From the NCBI GenBank assembly GCA_020353515.1, contig CP070695.1, forward strand, positions 2,610,155 through 2,674,154: a DNA stretch of 64,000 bases, written 5' to 3'. Below the pieces are notes generated by a model, which was not told where the DNA came from, ran no database searches, and saw only the letters and a program-made list of their open reading frames with translations. A program made the translations under genes and the position numbers. The DNA comes from Candidatus Heimdallarchaeota archaeon (lineage in GTDB: Archaea > Asgardarchaeota > Heimdallarchaeia > Hodarchaeales > Hodarchaeaceae). Below are positions 1 through 10,256 of this stretch, piece by piece (within the stretch, counting starts at the first letter, position 1; every line of letters starts with the position of its first letter).

Positions 1-135
1 CTTTAAATTCACTTCACACCTCGAGAGATTATATTTTGCAAGATATTGAGCTGCAAACATCCGCTCGAATTTATCAGGGTCCTCATGTAGTTTTTTTATC
101 AGTATTTCAACGTTTTTTCGATTTTGTTTTGTCAA
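1..135 (-). CDS. HEAT-repeat-like protein, N-terminal part (runs off window)
   Basis: Own translation from TTG at 135, preceded by GGTGA: MTKQNRKNVEILIKKLHEDPDKFERMFAAQYLAKY..., a PBS-lyase HEAT-like pattern (L..D.D...R..AA..L). Confidence 0.5.
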   Translation of the reverse strand, partial: MTKQNRKNVEILIKKLHEDPDKFERMFAAQYLAKYNLSRCEVNLK

Positions 136-277
136 TTCACCATTTAAATTTGATCATACTAGAACATAATAAGTTCTGTCTTATGAAGAGAATAAGAATA
201 CCATTTCATACAGGGGGAAATAGATTTATCATCTGACATCTCTCCCTGTTATCGATCCAATATCTAGGGATAAAATA

Positions 278-988
278 GTGAACTCGAAAATTACTTCCGC
301 CCTAAGCTCGGAAAGAATAGATGCTATTCTAACAAGTTTGTCACATGGCTCTAAAGAGCTAAATGATCCTCTAGTGACCAAGATTTCTAAAACTCGGAAA
401 GATCCTTTTCGTATTTTAATTGCTACAATTTTAAGTCTAAGAACCAAAGATGAAATGACGTTCAAGGCTAGTCAACGTCTTTTTGCTCGAGCCGTAACTC
501 CTTCTGATATTCTTGCTATTCCACTTGAAGAGCTTGAAGAGATAATTTTTTCTGTAGGTTTTTACAGACAAAAAGCAAGAACTATACATGATATCTGTAA
601 ACGATTAATTGAGGAATATGCTGGTAATGTTCCAGATTCTTTAGACGAACTACTCAAATTTAAGGGTGTAGGGCGTAAAACTGCAAATTTAGTTATTACA
701 AAAGGATTTAACAAACCAGGGATATGTGTTGATGTTCATGTTGCTCGTATAACACAAAGGATTGGTATTGTACCGATCAAAGGGGAAAATGACAATAAAC
801 CTATCTTTTATGACGCAGATCGGGTTGAAATGATATTGAGAGAGATTCTACCAAAGAAATGGTGGATTCCAATCAATGACATTCTAGTTCGATGGGGGCA
901 AAATATTTGTACACCAATCAGTCCCAAATGCACTCAATGTGTCATTAATGATTCTTGTTTAAAAATTGGTGTTCAAAAACACCGTTAA
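278..988 (+). CDS. nth: Endonuclease III (HhH-GPD glycosylase, 4Fe-4S)
   Basis: HhH LLKFKGVGRKTAN, VDVHV, C-terminal CTPISPKCTQCVINDSC cluster motif. Confidence 0.95.
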   Translation: MNSKITSALSSERIDAILTSLSHGSKELNDPLVTKISKTRKDPFRILIATILSLRTKDEMTFKASQRLFARAVTPSDILAIPLEELEEIIFSVGFYRQKARTIHDICKRLIEEYAGNVPDSLDELLKFKGVGRKTANLVITKGFNKPGICVDVHVARITQRIGIVPIKGENDNKPIFYDADRVEMILREILPKKWWIPINDILVRWGQNICTPISPKCTQCVINDSCLKIGVQKHR

Positions 989-2154
989 TAATATATTTTA
1001 GATTGCCTAATGGTTCGGTAAGAGCCTGAAACATACTTTTCAGTGTCTTGACCTCCACGGAACTGATTTGTATCGAATCCATTACTCTTAGCAATGGAAT
1101 AAGTCAAAAATTCAATTGGTATGGTATATACCAAAGGAGACAATACGTCGTTCTTAGGTGTTTCAATGAGTACATAATGAGGATCGATCTTAGTCTCTCT
1201 ATATATATCTGGATTCACTAAAACAATTGTCTTTGAACCAATTACATCTCGAATCACAGGTTCTACTTCCCTTATACGTTCAAATGTTGGAAAATCTGGG
1301 GCTATGAATATCACAAGACTGTTTTCAGTTGTAATAAAATAATTTGTGTGACAATACTCTTCTATATCACAAGCATATCCATTCAAGGAGAATTCAAACA
1401 TTTTATAAGATCCAAATAACCCAGTTGGACCATTAGCCCCTGATGATACAAAAATAACTTTATCTACCGTCCGGCCGAGGTCATTACCTAGTTTAAGAAA
1501 ACTACTTCGCTGATTTATAGTTATCTTAACTAATTGAAAGGTTTCTCGGATATGCGAAAATACGACTGCTTTTTGTGAAGAAAAATACGCTACTAGTAAG
1601 CTTTGAACAGCCAGATTTGCTAAGTAAGTTTTGGTTTGCGCTACATCGTGGTGATACCCCGTATATTCTTTTGCACCTTCGGTAACATAGGAGGAAGTTT
1701 CTAATGTTTCTGGAGGGGAAGCATGGATAAACAACGTGTGGTCGGTTTCCGCAGCGACTTGTCCTTGAGGATTATCAGTTATCCCTATTGTTTTAGCTCC
1801 AAACTTATTTGCAAAACGGAGCGCTTCAACTACTCTTGGTGTGTTTCCAGAAACAGAAAGACCAATAACAACGCTTTTTGGTAAAAATTGGGGATCAGAA
1901 TAATTCACAAATTCAAATGGAGCATAATATCGAATATCAAGGTCAGGTCGCCATCTTTGCCCAATGTGCGCCCCATACCAAGCAGCACAATAACTATCAC
2001 CTGATCCAGTGAAAATAATCCGTTCAATATCGCTTTGGATTATGAATTTTCCAATATTCTTTATATTCGTATCATCATATAGCGAATCAAGGATTCTAGG
2101 TTGTTCTAACATTTCTGAAAGCATGAAGTCTGGATTTTTAACTGTTTCTGACAT
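985..2154 (-). CDS. Double SIS-domain sugar-phosphate isomerase (GlmS/AgaS/FrlB-like)
   Basis: MLSEMLEQP, GSGDSY, SVSGNT motifs; no glutaminase domain; likely ATG at 2154 rather than 2247. Confidence 0.85.
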   Translation of the reverse strand: MSETVKNPDFMLSEMLEQPRILDSLYDDTNIKNIGKFIIQSDIERIIFTGSGDSYCAAWYGAHIGQRWRPDLDIRYYAPFEFVNYSDPQFLPKSVVIGLSVSGNTPRVVEALRFANKFGAKTIGITDNPQGQVAAETDHTLFIHASPPETLETSSYVTEGAKEYTGYHHDVAQTKTYLANLAVQSLLVAYFSSQKAVVFSHIRETFQLVKITINQRSSFLKLGNDLGRTVDKVIFVSSGANGPTGLFGSYKMFEFSLNGYACDIEEYCHTNYFITTENSLVIFIAPDFPTFERIREVEPVIRDVIGSKTIVLVNPDIYRETKIDPHYVLIETPKNDVLSPLVYTIPIEFLTYSIAKSNGFDTNQFRGGQDTEKYVSGSYRTIRQSKIYY

Positions 2155-2325
2155 GGATTCAGTCCTCTCAAAAGAAAATTTGCCCTTATAATAGTAATCC
2201 ACGAAAATTCGTTTTGCAAAAAGAAGTTTATTATCCAATATTCCCAATTTAAAGAGAGATTAGAAACTCAACCTCCCCTCACTGTGATCTTTCTCCAGAT
2301 CGTTTAGGTCACTTTGAGGCAGAAA

Positions 2326-3294
2326 TTAATCATTTTTTCTTCTGTACACAAATAATAACAATGGAACTATCAGAACCAAGCTTAGGACAGAAAAACCTGG
2401 AGTAGATAGTGCAGTGGGACCTTCAAATGTAATATCCTCTTCATAAACAGGTACCCACCTATATCGTATGTTACCGTCTGGCGACCAATTTATTAATATC
2501 CCTAGGTTGCAGGTTACATTTTCATATACTGTGATAGCACAGGAAAATGTAACTTCCTCATCTGAATCAATTTCAAATGCTTGAGCGGGCACCACATACA
2601 GAGTAACATTTGTTTCGTAATCCAATCCCCATTCTACTACTTTTCTCGTGAAATCTCTTTCAACAGACTTTCCATTAACTACGAAATCATCAACATGCAA
2701 TTTGTGTGAGTACAGAACAAGTTCAATATTTGGGCTAGGGTGTTTTCTAAGAGCAGTAACACTCATTCCGATTTGTGCTGAGTCACTATCAGCCATGTAG
2801 AGAAAGTGGGTTTCGCTGCCCAATGTAAATGTTTTGGGTTTTCCATTGATATAATATGTTCGATTGAAAAATGGCGCATCAACATGGTCGCTTAGTGCGT
2901 AAACATAAGTACCATCGATTGTTGCATCCCATGGACGAGAGGGACTAGGAGTCCAAGTCACAGTAAAAGAATCTGTTTTATCTCCATCACCATTTAGATC
3001 GAAATCTACGTTATTTTCTTTTAGAGTTCCATTTCCTTCATCAAGTTCAAGTTCGTAAAAAGTAGTTTCCCAAAAAATAGGTACTTCTCCTGTGGTTGCG
3101 GGATCACCTGTGTTTTTAAATGTTACATTTAACTGAGTAACACCATTTCCTATTACTGTGAAGGATGGTTCGTTCGCTAAATCCGCAAAATCTGGCATAT
3201 TAATTGATTGGAGCTTGTTAGGATGAGAAGTAACCACCCCATTACTCATAATAAATATTATAGCCAATCCTATCAACATTATTTCTCGTTTCAT
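2326..3294 (-). CDS. Secreted/surface protein with PGF-CTERM-like anchor
   Basis: N-terminal signal peptide, DLNGDGDKTD Ca-binding-type loop, C-terminal TPGF + TM helix + RRK. Confidence 0.7.
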   Translation of the reverse strand: MKREIMLIGLAIIFIMSNGVVTSHPNKLQSINMPDFADLANEPSFTVIGNGVTQLNVTFKNTGDPATTGEVPIFWETTFYELELDEGNGTLKENNVDFDLNGDGDKTDSFTVTWTPSPSRPWDATIDGTYVYALSDHVDAPFFNRTYYINGKPKTFTLGSETHFLYMADSDSAQIGMSVTALRKHPSPNIELVLYSHKLHVDDFVVNGKSVERDFTRKVVEWGLDYETNVTLYVVPAQAFEIDSDEEVTFSCAITVYENVTCNLGILINWSPDGNIRYRWVPVYEEDITFEGPTALSTPGFSVLSLVLIVPLLLFVYRRKND

Positions 3295-3397
3295 TCTTTT
3301 TTCCCTTCTTACTCATAAATAAATTTGATGAGAAGTATAAGACATAATAGAGACCGAATAACTATTTTAAGTTTTCTTCGGAAGAAAAATTCAATAT

Positions 3398-5626
3398 TTA
3401 ATCGAAAAAGTTTTCTAAATCAACCCCAAGCCTACTTTCAGTTCTAGTAGACTCCGTTAATTCTTTTGCTAATTCCAGCGTAGTTTTTGCCAGTTCTGTT
3501 CCAAAACCTGACATCTGGCTCAGTTCAGAAACACTAAGATTTAATAACATATGGATGTCACGAATACCGTGCTCTAATAAAATACGGGCTCTTTTCCTCC
3601 CTATTCCTTTAATTCGGGTCAAACTTACAGCATCACTCTTTATTCCATATTTAACCCTATCACTTAAGGAATAAGCAGCTTTCATATAAATTTCATATTT
3701 CTCATTTTTTCTTCTCTTCAATTGAGCAATTTCAGCTGCTGCGGATATAATCCACGTTGCTGTTTCTACGATCCTTTGGATATCACCCGAACCTATCTTG
3801 TACCGCATGATTAGGCGTTCAACTGGCAATTCTTTTATCCAATCCCATAGAAAAAGCACTGTACGGAAATCACGTAAGCGAAACTCATATTCAATATCTA
3901 TTGGCTCGGGAACATCTTCAATCAGTCTAGAAGTGAATCGATCAAATCTTTTTACAGTGATTTTCTCATCACTCTTACGAAATGACAGTGTAACCATATC
4001 AGGGGTGCCCATAATCAGATCAAGAATTGCTACTGGATGAATCTTTGACATGGATTTTTCTATGGCTTTAGCAAGGCCATCTGCAATAGTTGCTGCTGTT
4101 TCAGGATCTAGATAGAGCTGACTTACACGAAGACCGTAGAGAGTAGCCTCAAGAGTTTCATTGGTATCGAGAGGTTTAATCATCTCCCATCCTATGAGAA
4201 GATCAATTACTTCTCTGATTTTTCCCTCCAGAAATACTGCTTCAAATTGAAAACCATAAAATGTTTTTTCAAAGAATTGTAATAAATCATGAACTGTCGG
4301 AACAACCTTTGATGCAATCAATCCTAAAACCGCTCGTCGTAATGCAGGTCTGGCTGCTAATTTTGAATATACTGCTTCTGGGTCACGGAGGATATACCGA
4401 TCCATCAACCAATTTACAGCTCTATCCTGTTTAGCTAATAGTAGTGCTTCTCCTTCACTGTCAAATTGAGGTCTACCAGCTCTACCGCTCATCTGTTTGT
4501 ATTCTAGGGTCTTGATAGGATGAGATCCTTCCTCAATAGAGTATCTATAGACACTAGAAACCACTACACGTTTAGCAGGCAAATTGACGCCTGCAGCAAG
4601 TGTGGGGGTGGCGCAAAGGACTTTAATCAACCCTTTTTTGAACGCTTGTTCAACCAGATCTCGCTGTCGAGAATTTAGTCCTGCATGATGGAATGTCACT
4701 CCGCGTTTAGTTGTTTCTGCAAGCTTCAAAGAGAGAGGGTCAGAAAGATTTCGTACAATATGAGAAGAAAGATCAGCTAGGTGTTTTGCCTCCCTTGGTT
4801 CAATCAGAGGCTCAACATTTATTCCAATTCTTTCTGCAGTTGAAACTGCGGATCTTCTAGAAGGAGTAAAAATCAATATTTGTTCCTGGGAATGAACAGA
4901 ATCAAGGGCAATATTCGTTAGCTGATCTTTCCGCCTGAAAGGTACTTCCCTTGAAGTAAAATCTGCATAGGTAATTTGATCCTCAAAGTATATTCCTTCT
5001 TTTAAGGGGACTGGTCTCCAATCACTTTGAACTAACTTCGCTTCCAACCATTCTGCCAAATCATCCGCATTTCCAATAGTTGCGCTTAAAGCGAGTATTT
5101 GAGAGTGAGCATTTTCAGTCAACAATCTAGCCATTAATATTTCTAAAGTTGGTCCTCTATGCTGATCATTTAATAAATGACATTCATCAATGACAATAAG
5201 GCTTACCTGATCTCTTATCCAACTGACTTGATGCCGTAAAAGCGCATCCATTTTTTCATTCGTTGAAACAATGATATCGTATCTAGGAAGATAACTATCA
5301 GCTGAATCATAGTCTCCAGAAGTGACAGCGATACGAATTCCAAGAGTTTCGAATCGCTTCAGATTGTTAAACTTCTCTGATGCTAATGCTCGTAGTGGAC
5401 ATAGATATATTACTTTCCCACCAAGTTCAATCACATGTTTTAATGCTGCCAGTTCCGCTAGTAGTGTTTTCCCAGCAGCTGTTGGGATAGAAATAACGAG
5501 ATTCTCCCCAGTTAATAATCCTTGGTTTATAGCTTCAACTTGTGGAGGAAAAAGCTCTCTAATGCCATCTTGCTCTATTATCACCTTTTTAATTCGATCA
5601 TCCAGAGCAAGTGACTCAATAAGCAT
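3398..5626 (-). CDS. hel308: Ski2-like SF2 DNA helicase Hel308/Hjm
   Basis: Q motif LFPPQ, PTAAGKT, DECH, TLAAGVNLPA, QMSGRAGRP, C-terminal HhH. Confidence 0.95.
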   Translation of the reverse strand: MLIESLALDDRIKKVIIEQDGIRELFPPQVEAINQGLLTGENLVISIPTAAGKTLLAELAALKHVIELGGKVIYLCPLRALASEKFNNLKRFETLGIRIAVTSGDYDSADSYLPRYDIIVSTNEKMDALLRHQVSWIRDQVSLIVIDECHLLNDQHRGPTLEILMARLLTENAHSQILALSATIGNADDLAEWLEAKLVQSDWRPVPLKEGIYFEDQITYADFTSREVPFRRKDQLTNIALDSVHSQEQILIFTPSRRSAVSTAERIGINVEPLIEPREAKHLADLSSHIVRNLSDPLSLKLAETTKRGVTFHHAGLNSRQRDLVEQAFKKGLIKVLCATPTLAAGVNLPAKRVVVSSVYRYSIEEGSHPIKTLEYKQMSGRAGRPQFDSEGEALLLAKQDRAVNWLMDRYILRDPEAVYSKLAARPALRRAVLGLIASKVVPTVHDLLQFFEKTFYGFQFEAVFLEGKIREVIDLLIGWEMIKPLDTNETLEATLYGLRVSQLYLDPETAATIADGLAKAIEKSMSKIHPVAILDLIMGTPDMVTLSFRKSDEKITVKRFDRFTSRLIEDVPEPIDIEYEFRLRDFRTVLFLWDWIKELPVERLIMRYKIGSGDIQRIVETATWIISAAAEIAQLKRRKNEKYEIYMKAAYSLSDRVKYGIKSDAVSLTRIKGIGRKRARILLEHGIRDIHMLLNLSVSELSQMSGFGTELAKTTLELAKELTESTRTESRLGVDLENFFD

Positions 5627-5649
5627 AAATAACCCATATTAAGCTATTA

Positions 5650-8600
5650 TTAAGGGCGTTTGACAAAACCTTGCTGGGGTTCAAACAAAATCCCACGACG
5701 TGTCATTTCATCGATTGCTTTTACGACTTGATTCTTATTGAGACCTTCCTCCATCGCTCGATCAATAATGTCTTTAATCGCTACTGGTTCATCCTCCTCA
5801 ACCTCTCCCAGCATCTTATCAATCAAGGCATCTATCCGATCCAATTGCCTTCTTGATCTCGCACTTATCCCAGAAGCATATTTATCAATGTCTAATTTAC
5901 CAGTCTCCGTATCCTTTGCCAATTTTTCTAGTGTTGCATTCATCAAATTAACAGCACCAGAGGCATCATCGTACGTCACCTCATTACTAAGCCGCATTTT
6001 AGCTCGTGCTTCAGCCAATCGTACTAATGATTCTAATTGCCGAGGAGTGATGGCAATTGGTTCAAGCTGACCCTCCTCCACCTTCCCACTTGATCGGCGT
6101 AGTTCTTTGTAATATTCTAATAAACGTTCTTCAGCTTCGTCTGAAAGACGAGGATGAATTTCTCGTCTTGCATAAGCAATATACTTTCGTAATAAATCCT
6201 GTTCAATTGGAGGACTTGTAGTAAGAGTTTGGGATTTGTGTAACTTTAGAACATGAGTAGCTAAATCATGGTCTTCTTTCAAATCAGGTTTATCCTCCAA
6301 GACAAAAATCAAATCAAATCGGGATAGGATTGTTGGAGGAAGATTTAAATTGTCCGCAGTTGCTTTGAAGGGATTCCATCTTCCTCTTCGAGGGTTAGCA
6401 GCAGCTAAAATTGATGTTCGCGCATTAAGGGTAGCTACTATCCCTGCTTTTGCTATAGATATCGTGTTATGAAGAACAATCCCTTGATTGATGAAAGTCT
6501 GCGTAGGACTAACAGTGACATCATAGACCCAATTCGTCTTGTTTTGACCAGTATTCCGAATTCGTCGTATTTCATTAACCCGTAACCAACGAAATTGTTT
6601 TAGCTTTTCAATATACAGTAATGCTTTCTGAACGTTTTTGATTTCTTCTGTGAAGGCCTCTTTCGCTTGTAATAAGACTTGATTTCTCCTTTCAAGAACA
6701 TATCCCCCCCTTTCAATGTAATCAATAGAGCCACGACCATTTCCAGTTATTTGACCTATTCTTTGCTGAGAATAATTAGTAATATGCCGAAACTCTTGAA
6801 TATTTGTAACATATGTTATTTCATTCTTCAACTCATTAATTCTAGTATTCAAGAGATCTAGGTAGCGATCAATAACTGGTATAATTATTCCACAATTTTC
6901 TTTAAATGCTTGTTGGAAATATCCATTATAAGGAATACCTAATTTCTTCATACATCGCTTAATTATATGACCAACGCCTGATGGGAGGACATCATGCCCC
7001 CTAGTCTTAAGACTTCGTTTTAGTAGATATTTTATTTTTTGATGGTTCACTTCAGGTATTATTAATTCAGAAAATGATTTTAGACTATCTCCTCTAATAT
7101 AAACTTTGTATCGCGTTCTCCTTTGCTTACTTTTTGGTGTAAGATATTCACTTGAGATAATTCTTGTCTGAATACCTAAACTCAAGAGAAGATCCTGATA
7201 ATCTTCAGCTAATTTCTTAGAAGAGGTTGAATATGCTGCAGCCTCACTCTCAATTGCTCCATCCCCATGAAAGGCTGTATTTAGAAAGGCTATCTTTTTG
7301 TCTTCACCTGAACTGAAAATTTTATGTGGAATACTCTTCTCTAAACTCTTTTTCATCAATTCAGAAAAATTTTTTTGCATATAATTGAAAACAGATTTAG
7401 ATATAATGCGTAAAACGCGTCCCTGTTTAATGTTATCGATGGGTTCAACGTTGAAAGTTTCTAGAATACATTTTTTCATATCTAAAGTTATTTTGGGGTC
7501 AGTGTTACTTAGACCAACTTCTAGGGATGATCCCTCATAGGAATACCCTTCTGCTACAAAATATCCCAAGAATCGTGCGAGAGGTATCTCCATTTTCGAG
7601 GGTAACCTGACTTTTTTCCTACCTTGGTCTATTGATGAATATAATGACTCATCTGTCTGAAAATTCACCATTCTGACAGCAGGGATAAAAACTTTTTCTT
7701 TTACTTCCTCAGCTGAAACCTCATCAACATACTCACCAGAAAACACAAAAATAGGATGCTCTGGTGTAACAGTAATCTCCCTGCCGTTAGAATATTTGAT
7801 TTTTATGAAATAATTTGGTGCGTTATGCCGACTAACATGACTTGGTTTTAAAGGAAAGATACTATCAAAATCGGTTGAAAGCAAAGTGCCAACTGTATTG
7901 TTATCTGACTGAAGAGGGAGAATTTCACAGTTTGTCCCATTGATCACTTTTTCTTTATTACTGTCAAATAAATTGTCAACAAACTGACCAATAGGATATT
8001 TCTTGCCATTAGAAAAAGTTATTTCAAAAGATGGGTGATAAGAATGCTGCTCCATCGCTTCATGAATAGCAGCCCGATCTTCCGCTCGCATTTTATCGAA
8101 TTCATCAACCATCGCGATTCCTTGATCTGCTAGAACTAAAGCTCCTGCTTCAAGGGTGATTTCTCCTGTATCTTGATCCCTTATCACAGCTGCTGTAAGG
8201 CCTGCTGCTGTACTCCCTTTCCCTGTTGTATACAACGCTCGCGGCGCTAATTGTGATACGAACTTAAGAATTTGAGATTTTCCTGTCCCAGGGTCCCCCA
8301 CAATGAGAATATTTGATTCCCCCCTTAACTTCATCCCATCAGGAGTTTCTTTCGGTGTTCCACCAAATAGTAGCGATGCAATTGCCTCTTTTACAAGATC
8401 ATGTCCATAAATTGAGGGAGCCAAAGAATCCCGTATCTTTTCAATGATATAGGGCGATTTAGAGAGATCAATGATTTTCAATTCATCTTCTTCTGAAATT
8501 TGAATATCTACGTATTCTTCAGTTTCTCTCGAAATCGAAACACCATGAAAAAATTTCCCATAGGTAGCTAACTGTCCCCTTTTTAAAAGACGAGTTGCTC

Positions 8601-9309
8601 TTGCCTTGAGAATTCCCACAATCTCCACACGATCCCCAGGTCTAGCGTGATCTACTAAATCATCAAGAACATGGATGGATGTACTTTGAGGTAACTGTCC
8701 TGGTGGCAGTTCCTCTGGTTTCTCTTGTAGGGTTATCTTTTGCCAATCAATGAAAACACTCCGATCTAGCTGCAGTTGAAGAGAGCCCTTTCGCTGACAC
8801 TGTTCATTACGGCATTGATAAGGTGGAATGTAGATGCCTTCCGGAAAATCCACAATTTGGTTTTCACCACAAGAGGCACATCTAAAATGGGCACTTATCA
8901 TCAGAGGTTTGGCTTCTGTAACTCCAATGACAATACCTTCGAAACACGTGAGAATATCTAAATGCTCAGTCTTTAGAGAACGTAACATTAATCTTTCAGA
9001 TAAATCCGTTATCCTTACATGTACTTGTTTTAATCGTTCTAAATAGCCAGGACTCATTTCAGTTATTTTTGACTTTAAAATCTCCTCACCTGCAATTATA
9101 CTTACCTCTGGATTAACAAGAATTTCCTTGGCCAGTTTCGGATCTTGGATCAGTAAATCATTATAAGAAATATACAAACTCCTAGCCCCCATTGTCTCCA
9201 TCTCACGAATTTTTTCTTGATAACGTAACTGTCCTTCTTCATCTGCGAAATCTTCAATGAAGGACTCAAACCGACCTCTTATATCAAACGTAAACCCCAT
9301 GTATAGCAC
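5650..9309 (-). CDS. mcm: MCM replicative helicase with one intein
   Basis: Zn finger, GDPGTGKSQ Walker A, VDEFDKM Walker B, ILAAANP, SRFD Arg finger; intein between AMEQH and TISIAKAG; true start may be ATG 9300. Confidence 0.97.
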   Translation of the reverse strand: MLYMGFTFDIRGRFESFIEDFADEEGQLRYQEKIREMETMGARSLYISYNDLLIQDPKLAKEILVNPEVSIIAGEEILKSKITEMSPGYLERLKQVHVRITDLSERLMLRSLKTEHLDILTCFEGIVIGVTEAKPLMISAHFRCASCGENQIVDFPEGIYIPPYQCRNEQCQRKGSLQLQLDRSVFIDWQKITLQEKPEELPPGQLPQSTSIHVLDDLVDHARPGDRVEIVGILKARATRLLKRGQLATYGKFFHGVSISRETEEYVDIQISEEDELKIIDLSKSPYIIEKIRDSLAPSIYGHDLVKEAIASLLFGGTPKETPDGMKLRGESNILIVGDPGTGKSQILKFVSQLAPRALYTTGKGSTAAGLTAAVIRDQDTGEITLEAGALVLADQGIAMVDEFDKMRAEDRAAIHEAMEQHSYHPSFEITFSNGKKYPIGQFVDNLFDSNKEKVINGTNCEILPLQSDNNTVGTLLSTDFDSIFPLKPSHVSRHNAPNYFIKIKYSNGREITVTPEHPIFVFSGEYVDEVSAEEVKEKVFIPAVRMVNFQTDESLYSSIDQGRKKVRLPSKMEIPLARFLGYFVAEGYSYEGSSLEVGLSNTDPKITLDMKKCILETFNVEPIDNIKQGRVLRIISKSVFNYMQKNFSELMKKSLEKSIPHKIFSSGEDKKIAFLNTAFHGDGAIESEAAAYSTSSKKLAEDYQDLLLSLGIQTRIISSEYLTPKSKQRRTRYKVYIRGDSLKSFSELIIPEVNHQKIKYLLKRSLKTRGHDVLPSGVGHIIKRCMKKLGIPYNGYFQQAFKENCGIIIPVIDRYLDLLNTRINELKNEITYVTNIQEFRHITNYSQQRIGQITGNGRGSIDYIERGGYVLERRNQVLLQAKEAFTEEIKNVQKALLYIEKLKQFRWLRVNEIRRIRNTGQNKTNWVYDVTVSPTQTFINQGIVLHNTISIAKAGIVATLNARTSILAAANPRRGRWNPFKATADNLNLPPTILSRFDLIFVLEDKPDLKEDHDLATHVLKLHKSQTLTTSPPIEQDLLRKYIAYARREIHPRLSDEAEERLLEYYKELRRSSGKVEEGQLEPIAITPRQLESLVRLAEARAKMRLSNEVTYDDASGAVNLMNATLEKLAKDTETGKLDIDKYASGISARSRRQLDRIDALIDKMLGEVEEDEPVAIKDIIDRAMEEGLNKNQVVKAIDEMTRRGILFEPQQGFVKRP
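6466..8043 (-). mobile_element. Intein (526 aa) with LAGLIDADG homing endonuclease and HTH insertion
   Basis: Starts SYHPSFEI, block B TPEHP, LAGLIDADG-like LGYFVAEG and LNTAFHGDG, block F VYDVTV, ends LHN before +1 Thr. Confidence 0.93.
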
Positions 9310-9315
9310 TTCTTT

Positions 9316-9897
9316 TTATTCTTGAATAAATTCCGCTTTCCAATTCTGAATCCAATCTACGATCTTATCGAACAAAATTTGCTCGGTTGACGTCAAATTC
9401 CTTTTTCTCTGAGCAAGTACCTGTCTACTATCGGTCATTTTGACTAGTTTTGAGATTCTTTCCTGAATCAACTGGTTAAATTTTGTTTTTTGTCTTTTCT
9501 GCTCTAATTCACTGAATTGCGACTCCTTTTCCTCCATCGCAAGAAAATGATCCTTCAACAAGACATTAAAGTATGGATGAAGAGGCTGTAATTCACCCAC
9601 ACGAACTTCTTTACGAACTGATCCTTCTAATTCGGGCAAACTAATGGGAAAATTAGATTTAAAGTCTTCAATCATTGAGCTTTCATGTAATATTTCCGCA
9701 ATGAAATATGGAACCTCAATTTGACTTCCTTGTGAGGAAGCTGGAATATTAATATGTTCAAATGAAAATCCAGAAAAATTTTGTAAAAATTTCACAGAAA
9801 CATTACTTTCAGTGAGCTCGAATCGTATTCTTTCCAGCTCTTTCATCATTTCTATTTGTTTACCCGTTTTTATTGTTGATCCAGAGACTTTTGGCAA
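9316..9897 (-). CDS. gins23: GINS subunit, Gins23 (Psf2/3-like, B-A domain order)
   Basis: N-terminal beta B-domain (G..IEVPYFIAEIL), helical A-domain (LQPLHPYF...ERISKL...NLT..E); directly upstream of mcm. Confidence 0.8.
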   Translation of the reverse strand: MPKVSGSTIKTGKQIEMMKELERIRFELTESNVSVKFLQNFSGFSFEHINIPASSQGSQIEVPYFIAEILHESSMIEDFKSNFPISLPELEGSVRKEVRVGELQPLHPYFNVLLKDHFLAMEEKESQFSELEQKRQKTKFNQLIQERISKLVKMTDSRQVLAQRKRNLTSTEQILFDKIVDWIQNWKAEFIQE

Positions 9898-10256
9898 AAA
9901 ATCACTTCTTATAAGCGGGTTGAGGAATGCAATATTTTAACTTAATCAAAACCTCAATTAAGAATGTCATTATAATCTCTTTGTTGTCCTATATACTCTA
10001 TATTCAGTATTGTAGCGCCTATAACAACAAGTATGATTCGTCAATCCTAGAATAAAAGAGCTTTCTCCTCTTATTAAAAAGAAATTATTCTTCTAGATTA
10101 AATTTAACCTGATTAAATAGTTGTAATCATATAAAAACGTAAAATTTTCTTTCGAGATTAACTGATAAATCTATTGAATACTAATATATTCAAAACAAAT
10201 TCCTTATTGAACCTGTGTGTTTATTTCATTCCGAAATATCAGTGTATTGACGTCAA

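Noticed and set aside
9898-10256. Replication origin call next to cdc6
   Set aside because: AT-rich but no ORB/mini-ORB repeats visible; kept only as a low-interest finding
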